A program made the translations under genes and the position numbers. From Octopus sinensis (taxonomy: Eukaryota), in contig NC_043008.1 in NCBI RefSeq assembly GCF_006345805.1, positions 31,558,001 to 31,622,000 of the forward strand: 64,000 bases of DNA. Direction: 5' to 3'. Below, piece after piece: positions 12,840-26,204 of this stretch. The stretch's first letter is position 1, and every line of letters starts with the position of its first letter. The notes below the pieces were generated by a model. The model was not told where the DNA came from. It saw only the letters and a program-made list of their open reading frames with translations, and did no database searches.

Positions 12840-14730
12840 TATATATATAACATATATATATATGTAAATATACATTCATATATGTACATACTTACATATA
12901 TATGTATATACATATGCATATATGGGTACAGGACGTCATAGAACGTAAACAACATGAAATACAAAATATGAAAACATGGAACACGAACTTTTTTTGCGAG
13001 CAACGAAAGAAACAAATGGAAAACAAGACAAGCAACATAAAGAACGAGCCTTCATCAGTTGTCACTCCGAATTTCGAGCAAGATACGCCTTCAGCAAAAT
13101 AGTTGCTCCCGCAAAGCAAATTAAATAAAATTTGGGAATTTGCAGAGGGTCAAAGTTGGTAACAAAAACAGGACAGTGAAAACAAACAGAAAAGGCTGCT
13201 AAACCTAAACGAGGGGAGGTGTCGAACGCTGGAGGAACAAACTTTGACAGGAGACGGACAAGAATGCGTCTGATCCCTGCAGCTGATCGAAAGGAAGGAA
13301 AGAAACTCAAGTTAGGAAAAGAAAGATGGCCAATGGTTACGCGCAAGCAGCGAGAGGGCAAAGGAGGAAAGTGAGCGAGAGAGAGGGACAGACAGAGAAC
13401 GGTGAATGGGAGAGGAAAAGAATTAGAGAAAGGATGATAGAGAAAAAAAACGAAATGTATGTATGTATGTATGTATGTATGTATGTAGGTAGGTAGGTAG
13501 GTAGGTAGGTATATATTGATGGTGTTAGCAGTGGTGGTGATGTTAACGGTAATAGTGGTGGTACTTGTCATAAAGTTTTGATTTCTTGTTTTTTGTTTTG
13601 TTCCCCACCTTTTTTTGCTTAATTACGGCGTCTCAGCGACTCTATAATGATTCTAAATAACTTTGAAAGGTAAGGAATGTGGAGCTAAAATGATGTCACT
13701 TAGTTCCTCCAACCTGAAGACTCAATCATATCATACAGTAAAAAGCAAAATATATATATATATATAATAAATCCTTAAAACTCTACCCACCTCTCTTTTC
13801 CCTTTCCCAATCTTCAGTCACACACTTCCTCTCTTGCACCATCATGTCGACAAACGGCACCTGGTGACTTCCTTGTCAAGCACATAAGGCTTGACAAAGA
13901 AGAATTATAGAATACTAAAGGTGGTTTCCTGACGCCTTTCCTTCTTCTTCTTCCTCCTCTTCCTTCTCCTCCTCCTTCTTCTTCTTCTTCTTTTTTTTTT
14001 TCTTCTTCGCTACCAGACATCACCTTGCCGGCCACAGTTATTTCTGAGAAAGGAAGAGTCGTTATCAATTCTTTACCGGTCCTTTATTTATCGACCGTGA
14101 ACAGATGGAAAGCTTTAAATGAACTTGGGAAGATCTGACTTCAGAACGTAGAGATCTTGAACAAATCCTACAAGATGATTCTATTCGAACTGACAACGTC
14201 AATTTTCCACATTACATACATCTAAGAAGCAATGATCCGTGGAAATTCAATCATAAAATGCATTATCGTTTCCATAAATTTAATATCAATTAAGTACTAG
14301 ACGGAAATAAAAATATTAGTGTCGATGCCAACGAAGGCGGTGCCCCAGTATGGCCGTAGTCCAACAACTATAACCAATAAAAGAAATATAGAAGAAATTT
14401 CGGTTGAAAATTTAACTGTCAACGAGCTCTAAATTTCCAATTTCTTATTAACCTTGTTCATAATATGTTCAGTTGCTTGTTTTATTCTGAATCCTTCTTT
14501 AGCATTTCAATCCGTTTACTTTATCTAAGATGTTCTTTTGCAAATATCATACTTTTTATGTATATTTTTTGTTCTAATTAGTAGTAGTGATTCTAGCATG
14601 CTGTGCATCGTATACAGCAGAAAATAGGCTAATTTTCTCTCTCAGCATGGAACATTCTTAGTGAAACATTCTGGCTCTCGCATACACACACAAACATACA
14701 CATACGCGCACATACACACCTTCACTCCCC

Positions 14731-14776
<46 letters not shown>

Positions 14777-15609
14777 TTCTATTTAATTATTTATTTTTCT
14801 TTCTTTCTCTCACACACATAGACACACTCAGTCACGTACGCGCACGCATACACGCAGAGCTATCTGGAATAATTTATATTAAACGGAATATATGACCGTA
14901 TCTATGTGCTCCTCTAACCGCCGCTTTCACGTGCTTGTTTAAGGGTTGGTGAAATACATGTAATTAAGCATATAACCAGCAGAGATAAGCCGACAACGAC
15001 TGAATGAAATAGAAAGCAAACAGCAGAAAATGATGTTTTCATAGAGCCGTTTCTCCTTCCTCTTCTTCACCATCATTGAATCAGGAATTGTGCTTTTGTT
15101 GGGCGACAGGAAATTCAGACAAACCAAGTGGTATTTAGGCATTGATTTACTTTTCAGCTTTCGTTTACTTCTTCCTATATTTGCTATTATATACTTCTTT
15201 TTTAGGTTTGATATATTAGCCATATATTTCTCGTGTGCCTCTTTAACTCTGAGCCATTCTGGGATGATTCTAGCCACAAATCAGTTTTTCTACGAGTTGT
15301 TTGACCCTCGCTCGGGCATAATGGATTCTGATGACAGTTTTCCACGATCCTGTTCATAACCGATTCAGGAAGATGGGAAAAAGAGGGAATTTGACTCTAG
15401 TATTTGACTGGTACTATATTTATTGACTCTAGAAGGATGAAAAGTAAAGTTCACTTAAGTAGGACTTGAACTCAGAGCAAAGAGAACCAAAACATCTACA
15501 ACAAAATATTTTACTCCTACGCTTTAATGGCTGTCAATTGGTCCTCTACTTCATTGGTTGGACACTGTAAAACTTCCTTCGATTTATCAATTTCAACGAT
15601 TTCACGCTA

Positions 15610-16529
15610 CAAAGGTTGGGGGAAATAACGGAAGCACCAAAGATTACTTTACTATTTTTCTATTAGCAATGTGATAAATTCAAAACTTGTACTTTATGAT
15701 AGTGCCCTCTGTTTTTCTTTTCCTTTTTAGCAGTTATTTATATTTAAGCAAATTTCATCTGATTTCCAAAGAGGACAAACTGCTGGAATGTGGTTGACTG
15801 GAGCTCAAGCAACTAAAACTGCTAAACTATTTAATGTTCCGAGGGGTGCAGTCTCTAACATCATGCTGGCATTCCAAAATCGAGGTAAAACCAGCTCTGG
15901 CAAATATAATTTTAGTCAAAAGGCAAAACCAGGGAACGCGGATTTAGTAAAATGTATTGTGTCTAAAAATCATCGAGCCACAGTAACAAAGTGACAGGGG
16001 AGCTAAACCACCATCTTGCCAACCTCGTGTCAGCTAAAACCATTCGTCGACAGTTTCATAAAACTGGATACCATGGAAAGGCGGTATTTGCTAAACCACT
16101 CCTGTCATTCATCAACATTGATAAGCGAAAGAAATGGTGTCTAGACTATCAGAAGTAGTCAATGTCTCAATAGAACAATGCTATCTTCTCTGATGAATCA
16201 GTATTCACTCTTTTTTCCACTTTGAGGCGAGTTTATTTCTGGAGACAGCCTAAAGAAAATTACCATGTTTCAATATAACCGAATATTTACGGTGCATTTT
16301 GATGCAGCAATTGATAAAACTCCCTTTCCCTGCGCCATCGTTGCTGAAAGAGCTAAAGCAAGTTTTACTTGAAGAATGGCTCAAAATCTCCCTAAGAGCA
16401 GTTCAGACGTAGTATGAATCAATTCTTCGACATATTAAGTTGTAACTGATGCAAAATGTAGACCAGCACCATATTAAATAATAAATCTTCCATTTAACAA
16501 GGTGTTTATATTATTTTGTCCAGCCCCTA
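15610..16529 (+). mobile_element. Older, internally deleted Tc1-like copy related to the 39.4-kb element
   Basis: Degenerate TIRs caaaggttgggggaaataacggaagcacc / ggtgtttatattattttgtccagcccct; HTH-like ORF 15788-15994; atcttctctgatgaatca (IFSDES). Confidence 0.8.
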
Positions 16530-16662
16530 TATTTTAAAGCAGAATAAAATATAAGAAATAAAACATCCCAAATCTCATTTGTATTATATCCTAGTATCTT
16601 AAGAAAAGAGGAACAACATAGTAGATAATACATATGTTTATACATCCGGGCGGTCGATTCAA

Positions 16663-17992
16663 CTAGTACATATCTAAAATCCTGTTCGTAGTTTCGAAGT
16701 AAAAAGTGAAACTTACTACAATTTTCTTAAAGAATTTCCTTATAGACAACGTTGTCAGTGTAGATTCCTTTCAACCCTTATACCCTGAGTCCAAAACCAA
16801 TATATGCACATTGTTCTCAGAACCCAAACCAATATATGCTCATTGTTCCCAGAATCAAATAGGGCTTCCATTATTTCAGTCCACTTTGGTTTGGTTGTCA
16901 TAGTGATGAAGTAGTCTGGCTTTCCAAACTCTCCCATCAGAGCCATTCCAGCTTGGAAACACTCCCTGTAAATTCGAGGGGAACCGGTATGTGATGGCGG
17001 AAGAATGATTTTAGACCCTGCGTCATTCATGTCACCATTCGCAATAGCATCCAGAAGGCCCTGGTGCTTTTCAGCCTTAAGTTGTTTCTGATGAATTCTC
17101 TGGAAATGTAATCGATTATGCTCTATCTTTGCATATTGATTTACAGCATATTGTTGCATCAGACGTCTACTTTTCATTATGCCATTGAACTCGTCCTTTC
17201 TTACCCGAAGCTGATAAGAATAAAAGTCACATTCAGTGATATTTTTGCTTCGGTCATTGTCTTTCAAGAGCACATTCCAGCCATCTTCCCCATAGGGAAA
17301 CAGAAGTACATAATGAAGAGACTCATAGCTTCTGTGGATTTGACTAATGTAGTCTAACTCCTTATTGCTCTCTCTGTACTGCACAACAACATCCACAGGT
17401 TTACTGTTTGGATTATTGGTATCATCTCCCACTATGATCACAGCAACTTCTGGTGCAGTCGGTGGATTGCAGGTTCTCTCATTTGACGTAGCAGGAATAA
17501 GCCGTTTGTCATGACTTATGATAATATCACCGGTAGAACATTTTCTGATGCAAAGTATCTCTTAATTATATCAATAGCCTGTTTAAAACTTTTGACTCAT
17601 GCAGTTAATTGCGTAAAGTTTCCGAGATTTTCATACTTTTACGTTTGCTATTTCAGAGGGCAGTACATTCAATAGCATATTCATACACTCAATGACGTAG
17701 GCAGACATAAGAATAGTTCCGACGGCCGATGGCACGAAAATAGGTCCGACAATTTTTATTAATATCTTTAAAAGTACTAAATTTCCAACATTTTTATGGT
17801 CAAATTTGTTTAGAGCAATTCAATAACATAAAAATCGCACTTTAAGATAGTGTTCAGCGAGTATGGTATAATTGTAATTTTCACCGAAGACTAACAATAT
17901 TTTTTTTTTTCAAAAAACAAAAACCGATGGTTGCGAAAAAGTTTGTTGAGAAAATTTTGACACAGACGTAAATAGCGCAATTATAGTATAGA
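16663..17992 (-). mobile_element. Internally deleted Helitron (RepHel remnant)
   Basis: ORF 16755-17441 has the Helitron motifs YESLHYVLLFPYGEDGW, LPPSHTGSPR and Rep motif-1 PDYFITMTTKPKW; upstream NPPTAPEVAV. The helicase-type C-terminus GIYTDNVVYKEIL* ends near 16727. A candidate 5' end TCTATACTATAA starts at 17992 (-). The 3' CTAG at 16663-16666 is uncertain. Confidence 0.85.
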
Positions 17993-18008
17993 TATGTATG
18001 TATGTTGT

Positions 18009-18265
18009 GGAGGCGCGTGGCTTAGTGGTTAGGGTGTCAGCATCATGATCGTAAGATTGTGGTTTCGATTCCTGGACCGGGCGACGCGTTGTGTTCTTGA
18101 GCAAAACACGTCATTTTACGTTGCTCCAGTCCACTCAGCTGGCAAAAATGAGTAACGCTGCGATGGACTGGCGTCCCGTCCAGCTGGGGAACACATACGC
18201 CATTGAAACCGGGAAACCGGGCCCATGAGCCTGGCTAGGCTTTAAAAGGGCGCATTAATTATTTA
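18009..18265 (+). mobile_element. tRNA-derived SINE (family C)
   Basis: A-box tggcttagtgg and B-box ggtttcgattcc, followed by gttgtgttcttgagcaaaacac...gcgatggactggcgtcccgtccag. Related copies at ~19195-19375 and ~61530-61825. Confidence 0.85.
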
Positions 18266-19381
18266 TTATGTATGTATGTATGTATATACGTACATATGTG
18301 TATATATGTATATACATGTGTGTATTTATATTTATATATATATATATGCACACACGTGTGCATGTGTGCATTTATGTATGTATGCATTTGTTCATACCAG
18401 TGAATATTGAATTTGTTTTAGTTTTGTCGTACACATAATGGTAACTGTTGTAGTTGTAGTAGTAGTATTGAGCATCAACACCAAAACCAGTATCTTCACC
18501 ATCGAGTAAGCAAGAAAGTAAATAAGTGATCGCTAGAGTTGCGTACTATGGCAACAGGAAGTACTGTTGTTTCACTTCCTAACGTCACATACCCAATCAT
18601 ATCAGTTCAAAAATGCGCAGCAGCTTGAACCATACATAAAGCATTTAAAACCTTACAATATCAACAGCATCAAAATCAACTTTATTGCACTACAGGATGT
18701 TATCATCATTCGCGATATTAATATTGCAACGATAGAAGAAATATTCTCACTACTTTTAATAGAATATCTAATATTTGTAATTAACTTAGATTAGTCCAGA
18801 CAGATCTTTTCCTTTCACAGCGGGATAGATACATTTTATAACATAGATAAAATATCACATATTGATATCACAGATATTTATAAACTAGTCTATGGTGACG
18901 CCACAAAGGAAATGCAAACTTCCAAATTAAAAACCAGCAACACGAAGCTTTTTAATGTAACAAACAAACAAAGCTGTGAACTGGCAGAATCGTTAACAAC
19001 ATTTCGTTCGTTTTTACGTTCTGAGTTTAAATCTTGCTAAAGTTGACTTTCATCCTTTCGGGGTCGATAAAATAAATACCAGTGGAGAACTGGGTCGGTG
19101 TAATCGACTTAGCTTTTCTCCCGAAACTACTGGCCTTGTGCCAAAATTTGAAACCAGTATAACACACATACGTACTTTTGTGTATATGTGTGTGGCAGCG
19201 CGTGGTTTACTGGTTAAGACTTGTTACATTCATGATCGTTAGACTGTGGTTTCGATTTCCGAACCGGGCGATGCGTTTTGTTCTTGAGCAAAACACTTCA
19301 CATATCGTTGCTCCAGTTCGATCAACAGATTAAAATGAGTAATCCTGTGACAAGACCGGCGTTCCGACAGCGAGGAATATA

Positions 19382-20766
19382 CAGGGTGCAGTGAATAACC
19401 TATCGTCTAAATTACACAAAAATGAAAATAACACTGACATCTCATTTTAACAGATATATTTACCAAAATTACAATAAAATATCTTGAAATGCGAAACAGT
19501 AAATTTATTCAATAAAATCGCCATTGGCTTCAACCACGGCCTCCACACAACTTCGGAATCTCCTGCGACTCTTTTGGATGATCTCCTTGTTTAAGTTGGC
19601 GAATGCTGCCATAATCCTTGCCTTCAGTTCATCTTTGGTGTTACAAGGAGTTTTGCTGGTGTTTCGCTCAACTGCGCCCCTCACATAATAATAAAGGGGA
19701 CTGCAGGCTTGGGAGTTAAATGGCCAGATGTTAGGGGTGATGTGGTCGCAGCAATTATTTGACAGCCATAACTGGGTTCTCCTGCTGTTGTCAGATATAG
19801 GGTTTTCCAGCAGCTACCCTCTGGACCCAGTGCAGCATTATCTCTTCTAGGAACTTGATGTAGGCCTCCATGTTGAGTCTGATGCCGTGTGGGAAGATGA
19901 ATGGAGATATCTCCTACCATCCCACAGACACTTCTGCACAACTAATCCGATCTCACATGAATCATTTACAAAGCTGACTCGACAACAAGGAACTGACATT
20001 AGGACCTACCGAATCCACTGTCACATTTCTTACCAGCAACACCAGAAAACATCGAGTACAATCAACAATCACGCACATCAACATAACTATATGATCACAC
20101 ACATACACACACACACAAGACAAAATTACTAGGAGTGACGTACGACTCTTCCACAACATTCACAATACGCAATCTAAACAACGAATAAACACACTTAGAT
20201 CAATAGAAGCAACAGCAATGGTGAGTGGAGGCGCAATGGCCCAGGTGTTAGGGCAGCGGACTCGCGATCGTAAGAACGCGGTTTCGATTCCCAGACTGGG
20301 CATTGTGAATGTTTATTGAGCAAAAACACCCAAGCTCCACGGGCCTCCGGCTGGGGTGGTGGTGAACTCCGCTGAACTCTTTCACTACAACTTTCTCTCA
20401 CTCTTTCTTCCTACTTCTCCCACAAAGCAGAGGAACCATGGTGTAACCCACTATGGTGTGGTAAACTTTCAGACCCTAGTCTAGATTGCGAATCCTCTGT
20501 ACCCCTGGATGGTTCAGCTCTCCACCCGTTAAAAGCCACCGTTTACGGAATGAGGATAACAACGTAGCTTACGCATCCGTGCAACCGCCAATCTATCACG
20601 TGTGGTGGGTGGATCTTCAAGTTGCCACACGCATTCTTAGTAGCTTAGAGTAGGCTCGAATTAGAGATAATTCTTTGTGGCTAATTGCGTGAGTCCTGAT
20701 TAGAAGAAGAAGAAGAAGAAGAAGAAGACAGCAATGGTGTACATGCAATACATTAGATTCATCCTG
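19382..20766 (-). mobile_element. Decayed maT/DD37D-like Tc1-mariner element with a nested SINE
   Basis: TA|cagggtg start and catcctg|TA end (weak TIR match). Minus-strand remnants IWPFNSQACSPLYYYVRGAV and RRFRSCVEAVVEANGDFI are typical of the Tc1/maT C-terminus. Confidence 0.65.
20224..20727 (+). mobile_element. tRNA-derived SINE (~500 bp) with (AGA)n tail and 12-bp TSD
   Basis: tRNA-like head ggaggcgcaatggcccaggtg...ggtttcgattccc; tail (AGA)n; TSD acagcaatggtg at 20212-20223 and 20728-20739. Confidence 0.85.
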
Positions 20767-23353
20767 TATATTAAGCGAAAAGTCTTGTTGTTGATGTGTC
20801 TACTCATCTCATTATTTGGGTTTTGGTGAACCCCAACCCGGTATAAATTTCTATTGCACAATAATATTTGTACTTACATACACAGTTGATGTGTTAGAGC
20901 AGCTTTAGTTTATTGAACTAAATATAAGAAATATTTTCTCCAGATCATTTGGTGAGATAAAACGCAAAGGCGATGATGACTGGTAGAATTTGAACTCGGT
21001 TATTAATCAACAAAATTAATTACTGCTCAATGCGTTACCATCTGTGCCACGCTTACAGACCTAATAATAAAATCGGTTTTCAAACCTTGGTACAAGGCCA
21101 GCAATTACGGAGGAGGGTGCAAGTCTATTACATCAACTGGTACCTATTTTATCGACTCCGAAAGAATAAAAGGCAAAGTCGACCCCGGCGGAATTTGTCT
21201 CAGAACGTAAACTTACACAAAGTGCTGCTAAACATTTTGCCCCATGTGCAAATGATTCTTTTCGCTCGCCGCCTTAAATCTGATAATAATATCGTTATAA
21301 ATTTTATTAAGATACAAATAACAATTGCAGTTTCAAATTTCGGCTCATGGCCAGTAATTTTAGGAAATGGGAATTTTAATTGCATTATTATATATTTTAT
21401 GATATAAATTTGCAGGTTTTCAAAATAGGTAAGTATTAAAGTTAATCAAAGTTCCATATTGATATATTTGAGTGGATTAATAAAGTTCGTTGATTAGTTA
21501 TTGCTAGCCGTGTTCAAGCAATATTTTGCAAGAAACTATTTAATTCTGTAAACGTTTCCCCAGCGCAGCATGGCAAGCAAGCAACTTTCAAACCGGTCAC
21601 AACAATCCTCAAAGTAAGAAGTACAAAACATATGACTCAGCGCATTGCAAAGCGTTGTGTAGAGACTACATGAGTTGATGACTCAACGGGAATATACTAA
21701 AACGAAATACTAAAATGTGAAACACAATTACAAAGCAGAGGATGGCTACTGGACATGTTTCTAACATTACAGACACAACTACGAGATAAAAGGAAACCCA
21801 AGCGGCTTTACACAGAGTGATTTCAAATTCTGACACAAGGGCAACAAGTTCGGGGGAGGGGATAAGTCGATTAAATCGACCCCAATGCTCAACTGGTACT
21901 TATTTTATCAACCCCCGGAAGGATGAAAGGTAAAGTTGACTTTGGCGGAATTTGAATTCAGAACATAAATATTTCTTTACTGCCCACAAGGGGTTAAACA
22001 TAGAGGGGACAAACAAGGACAGACAAAAGGAGTAAGTCGATTACATCGACCCCAGTGCGAAACTGGTACTTAATTTATCGACCCCGAAAGGATGAAAGGT
22101 AAAGTCGACCTCGGCGGAATTTGAACTCAGAACGTAACAACAGACGAAATACCGCTAAGCATTTCGCCCGGCGTGCTAACATTTCTGCCAGCTCGACGCC
22201 TTAACAGCTAAGCACCATTGAACAATTCTAGCACAACATCCTAAAACAATGTTTTCTGCTCATTCCCCACTAGTAAAACAAAACACACTCACACACACAT
22301 GCAGAAGTAACTTCACCATTAGCAAACCTGACTAATCCCTAACATACAGAAGGATAGTAAATGTCGTTGTCTGTTCGAGTCCACCTCATTTACCTCCGCT
22401 CTAACCATTACGAGAATCTACTGGCCTTACAGTATTAGACTGGTCTGTGGAAAGAATACAATGGACTTTTGGAATGGCAATCCTACATAAGTCGAAACTT
22501 ATCCGGTTTAAAAAAAAATTTTTTTTTTTGTTCAAGTTCTTCCAACTCTTTTAGAATCCACATTTCGAAAGACGGCGTGAGAGAAGGACCATTAAAAAAA
22601 TTTAATCTTTGTTTTTCAAATGTTTGCTTCCTCCCAGCACCAGCACCACCAGCACCACCAGCACCTCACACGGTGCCTTCCAAAAACCAGCCACCAGTAA
22701 GAAAAAAAATTTTTTCTGTTTTCTTCTTTTTCGTCATATTGTATTTCATATTTTGAAACACTTTTAATCCTCATTTTTAGAGCTAAAATTCCGAACCCCG
22801 CTTCATCGTACTTAAAATGTTCATAATTAAAATTTTCTTTTTTGTGTGTGTGTTTTCATTATTTTTTTTTTTTTTTTTTCACTCCTTGTACTGCGGCCAT
22901 GCTGGACCGCCGCCCTAAAATGTTGTAGTCGAACAAATCGACCCCAATAATAAGTTTTTTAAATGTCTATTGGGCTTCTTTTTTTTTTTTTTTACCATGC
23001 CGCTGAGTTGCAGGTACGTAAACAAGCCAACAACTGTTGTCAAGTCAGCAGTGTAGGGGACAAACACAGCCGGAATATCTTTGATCTTGCTGGAACCATC
23101 ATGGGCCGTTTTCTTGCATTTGCAATATTAAGAGCTGCTTGGAAGCAGAAGCGGCTCCTTTTAAACTCTTTTGCACTGGTACAAACATTAAAATGAGTAT
23201 TGTGCCCAACGGCACATCGCGCCGTTTGTTCCACAGTCTTTATGATCGTGAATCTAAGTTTCGGGTTCAATCCCGCTGCATGGTACCTTGTTTTTTATTA
23301 TAGCTTCATGCTTTGTAAGTGAATTTGGTAGATGGACACTGTGTAGAGGGCCG

Positions 23354-23432
<79 letters not shown>

Positions 23433-23561
23433 ATGTCACTAAAGCAACTGAGCGCGCTATTCTGCACCAGTATGCGTTATTGTGGCTATGAGTTGTTTTG
23501 GCTCTTATTTCTAGCAATGCTGGAGCTGAATAGCACCCTCAGTCGCTTTAGTAACGTATAT

Positions 23562-23801
23562 ATTATTTACATTATTTACATTTGGCGGATATTTGTCCTC
23601 ACCTTGTTTGTTGTTAACACAACGTTTCGGCTGATGTAGCCCCCAGCCTTCATCAAGTGTCTTAAGTTCTCATTCCTACGGTAGTTTTCGATCTTATTAT
23701 TATTATTCAGGTCACTGCCTGGAATCGAACTCGGAATCTTGGGGTTAGTAGCCCGCGCCCTTAACCACTACGTCCTATGCCCACGGGCAAATGGCGTAGT
23801 G
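23562..23801 (-). mobile_element. tRNA-head + hammerhead ribozyme mini-retroelement (retrozyme/SM-alpha-like SINE)
   Basis: Minus strand: tRNA-like head 23782-23707 with B-box GAGTTCGATTCC, then (AAT)n, then the hammerhead GACAC-tTGATGA-AGGCTG...CAGCC-GAAACGTT-GTGTT (23661-23616), then tail tgtaaataatgtaaataat. An inverted copy of the 5' end lies at 23785-23801. Confidence 0.75.
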
Positions 23802-24211
23802 TGTGTGTGTGTGAGTGTATAAGTATGTATGTATGTATTTGTAATCCCCCCCCATTACCACCACCATTTTACAACCAATGTTGGTTTGTTTACATCACTG
23901 TTACTTAGCGGTTCTGGAAAAAAGATGGAGTAAGTACAGACTTTAGAAAATATGTATTGGTTTCGATTTGTTCAACTAAACCCATCAAGGCGGTGCCCCA
24001 GCATGGCCGCAGTCAAATAAAAAAAATGATAAAAAGGTAAAAGAAAACAAAATACTGGATAAAAAAGGAAGTTTTGCTTCCCGCCCATATGGTTCTGGGT
24101 TCAGTCCCACTGCGTGACTCCTAGGGAAATTGTCTTTTATTACAGTTTCTCGGGCTGGTCAAAGCCTTCTGAGTGTATCTGGTAAACGGAAGCTGAAAGA
24201 ACATATATATA

Positions 24212-24267
<56 letters not shown>

Positions 24268-24488
24268 TATAGGATGAGTTACGAAAAAAAAAAAGACGAA
24301 GGCAGGTGGTGTATAAAACAAACACATGTATTAATATAACGCTCAGGAATAGAAAAAGTCTTTTACGTTCGAGCCTACGCTCTTCTACAGAAAGGGACAC
24401 AGAAAAAAACAAGGAGAGAAAAAAATGTGTAGTGGCCACCAATCTATCATGACGACTGATAAATATATATATATATATATGTGTGTGT

Positions 24489-24532
<44 letters not shown>

Positions 24533-25294
24533 GTATATATATATACATACATATTACAGCTCCTACCCCTATCACCACGACTACTATAACTACACTATTA
24601 CTGCTCCAACCAAGAAACCGGCCGACCAACCTATAGGCCAACCGACAAGCAACCGACCAACCGTCCAACCAACATACGACCCAGCATCATACATCCCAAC
24701 ATCCATTAACCACTTTGTCTGAATCTTAGACAACAACAAAAAAAAAGCACACCGAACAGATTCAGGAACGCCCTCCTCTTTCACTTCCTCCTCTTCTTGC
24801 TACTCTCTACTTCGCTCACTCCAGTAGCAGCACTCCCACCATCATCCCTCAGCCTATTGTTCTATTATCTTCCTTCTCTATAAACTCTGCTTCCTCCTCC
24901 TGCTACAACGACTAACCTCCCCCCACCATCACCACCACAACAACACAAACACACACGCTATTTTTCCTCCCACCACAATACTATTTCTACTACTACTACT
25001 GCTACTGATGCACCCGCCAAGTATTGCAATTTTCAATGTCTTTCATTTGCCACACTCGTCTGTGTACGTATGTGTGTGTGTGTGTGTGTGCTTCTTCGTA
25101 TATGCATACCGATATCATGAACGCTTGGCAAGTATTGTAATGATTGCTGTACGTACCAGTGTGTGTGCGCGCGTGTGTGTGAGTCATTATCTGCTTGATA
25201 GCGTATTGAGTGATATTCTCGTACCATATATTTGCACGGTCTCAAATTCGCGCGCACGCACACACAATCACAGACACATACACACACATCTCTT

Positions 25295-25397
<103 letters not shown>

Positions 25398-25789
25398 CAC
25401 ACACATAATATATACATAATACATATATGTATATAATATATATACATAATGTGTGCGTATACTCCAGCATGGCCTCAGCATTAGGGCTAAAATGTATAAA
25501 AGAAGAAAATAATATACATATGTTAGCATGTCTGTGCGTGCTCGTATGTGTGCTTGTGTGTAAGTATATATATATGCATTTTGTCGAAAATAAAGTAAAT
25601 TTCGAACGCAGGACAGCTGCGATACGACTTACAAAAATATCCATAGAAGACGGAAGAAAATAAGTTGCGACCAGGCGGCAACAGAAAATAGAACCTCGTA
25701 TCTATCTATCGTATCTATCTATATATATATTTATCTATCGTATCGTATCTATATATATAATATATATATCTATCGTATCGTATCTAATA

Positions 25790-25838
<49 letters not shown>

Positions 25839-25913
25839 GGGGTGATGGGTAAAATGTGTAAACGTATATATATATATATATATATAATAATATATATATA
25901 TATATATATATAG

Positions 25914-26110
25914 TTAATCCAAACATGAACAAAGAGAAAACACAACACGAGGACGTGGAACAAGTATAGTATTGTTGAACGCTCAGGAAAAGAAGGAAAG
26001 AAGGAGGATTTAACGTTTCGAGCGGAGCTCTTCGTCAGAGACAGAAAAAGAAAAGGTCTAAGGAAGGGAAGACGGAGAAAGAAAATCGCCAACGATACAC
26101 ACGTGGTCAC
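25914..26110 (-). mobile_element. Penelope-type terminal-repeat remnant with hammerhead core
   Basis: Minus strand CTGACGA-AGAGC-tcc-GCTC-GAAACGTT (26038-26011), with imperfect stem I. Related decayed copies at ~24290-24445 (-) and ~2855-2935 (+). Confidence 0.6.
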
Positions 26111-26124
26111 ATATATATATATAC

Positions 26125-26162
<38 letters not shown>

Positions 26163-26204
26163 CAATAATAATTCTCTAAATGAGATATAGACAGTGACTG
26201 CTCC

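Noticed and set aside
18009-18082. Possible tRNA gene (also 20227-20300 and 23707-23782)
   Set aside because: A/B boxes are present, but the acceptor stem is poor and each continues into a repeat body; these are SINE heads.
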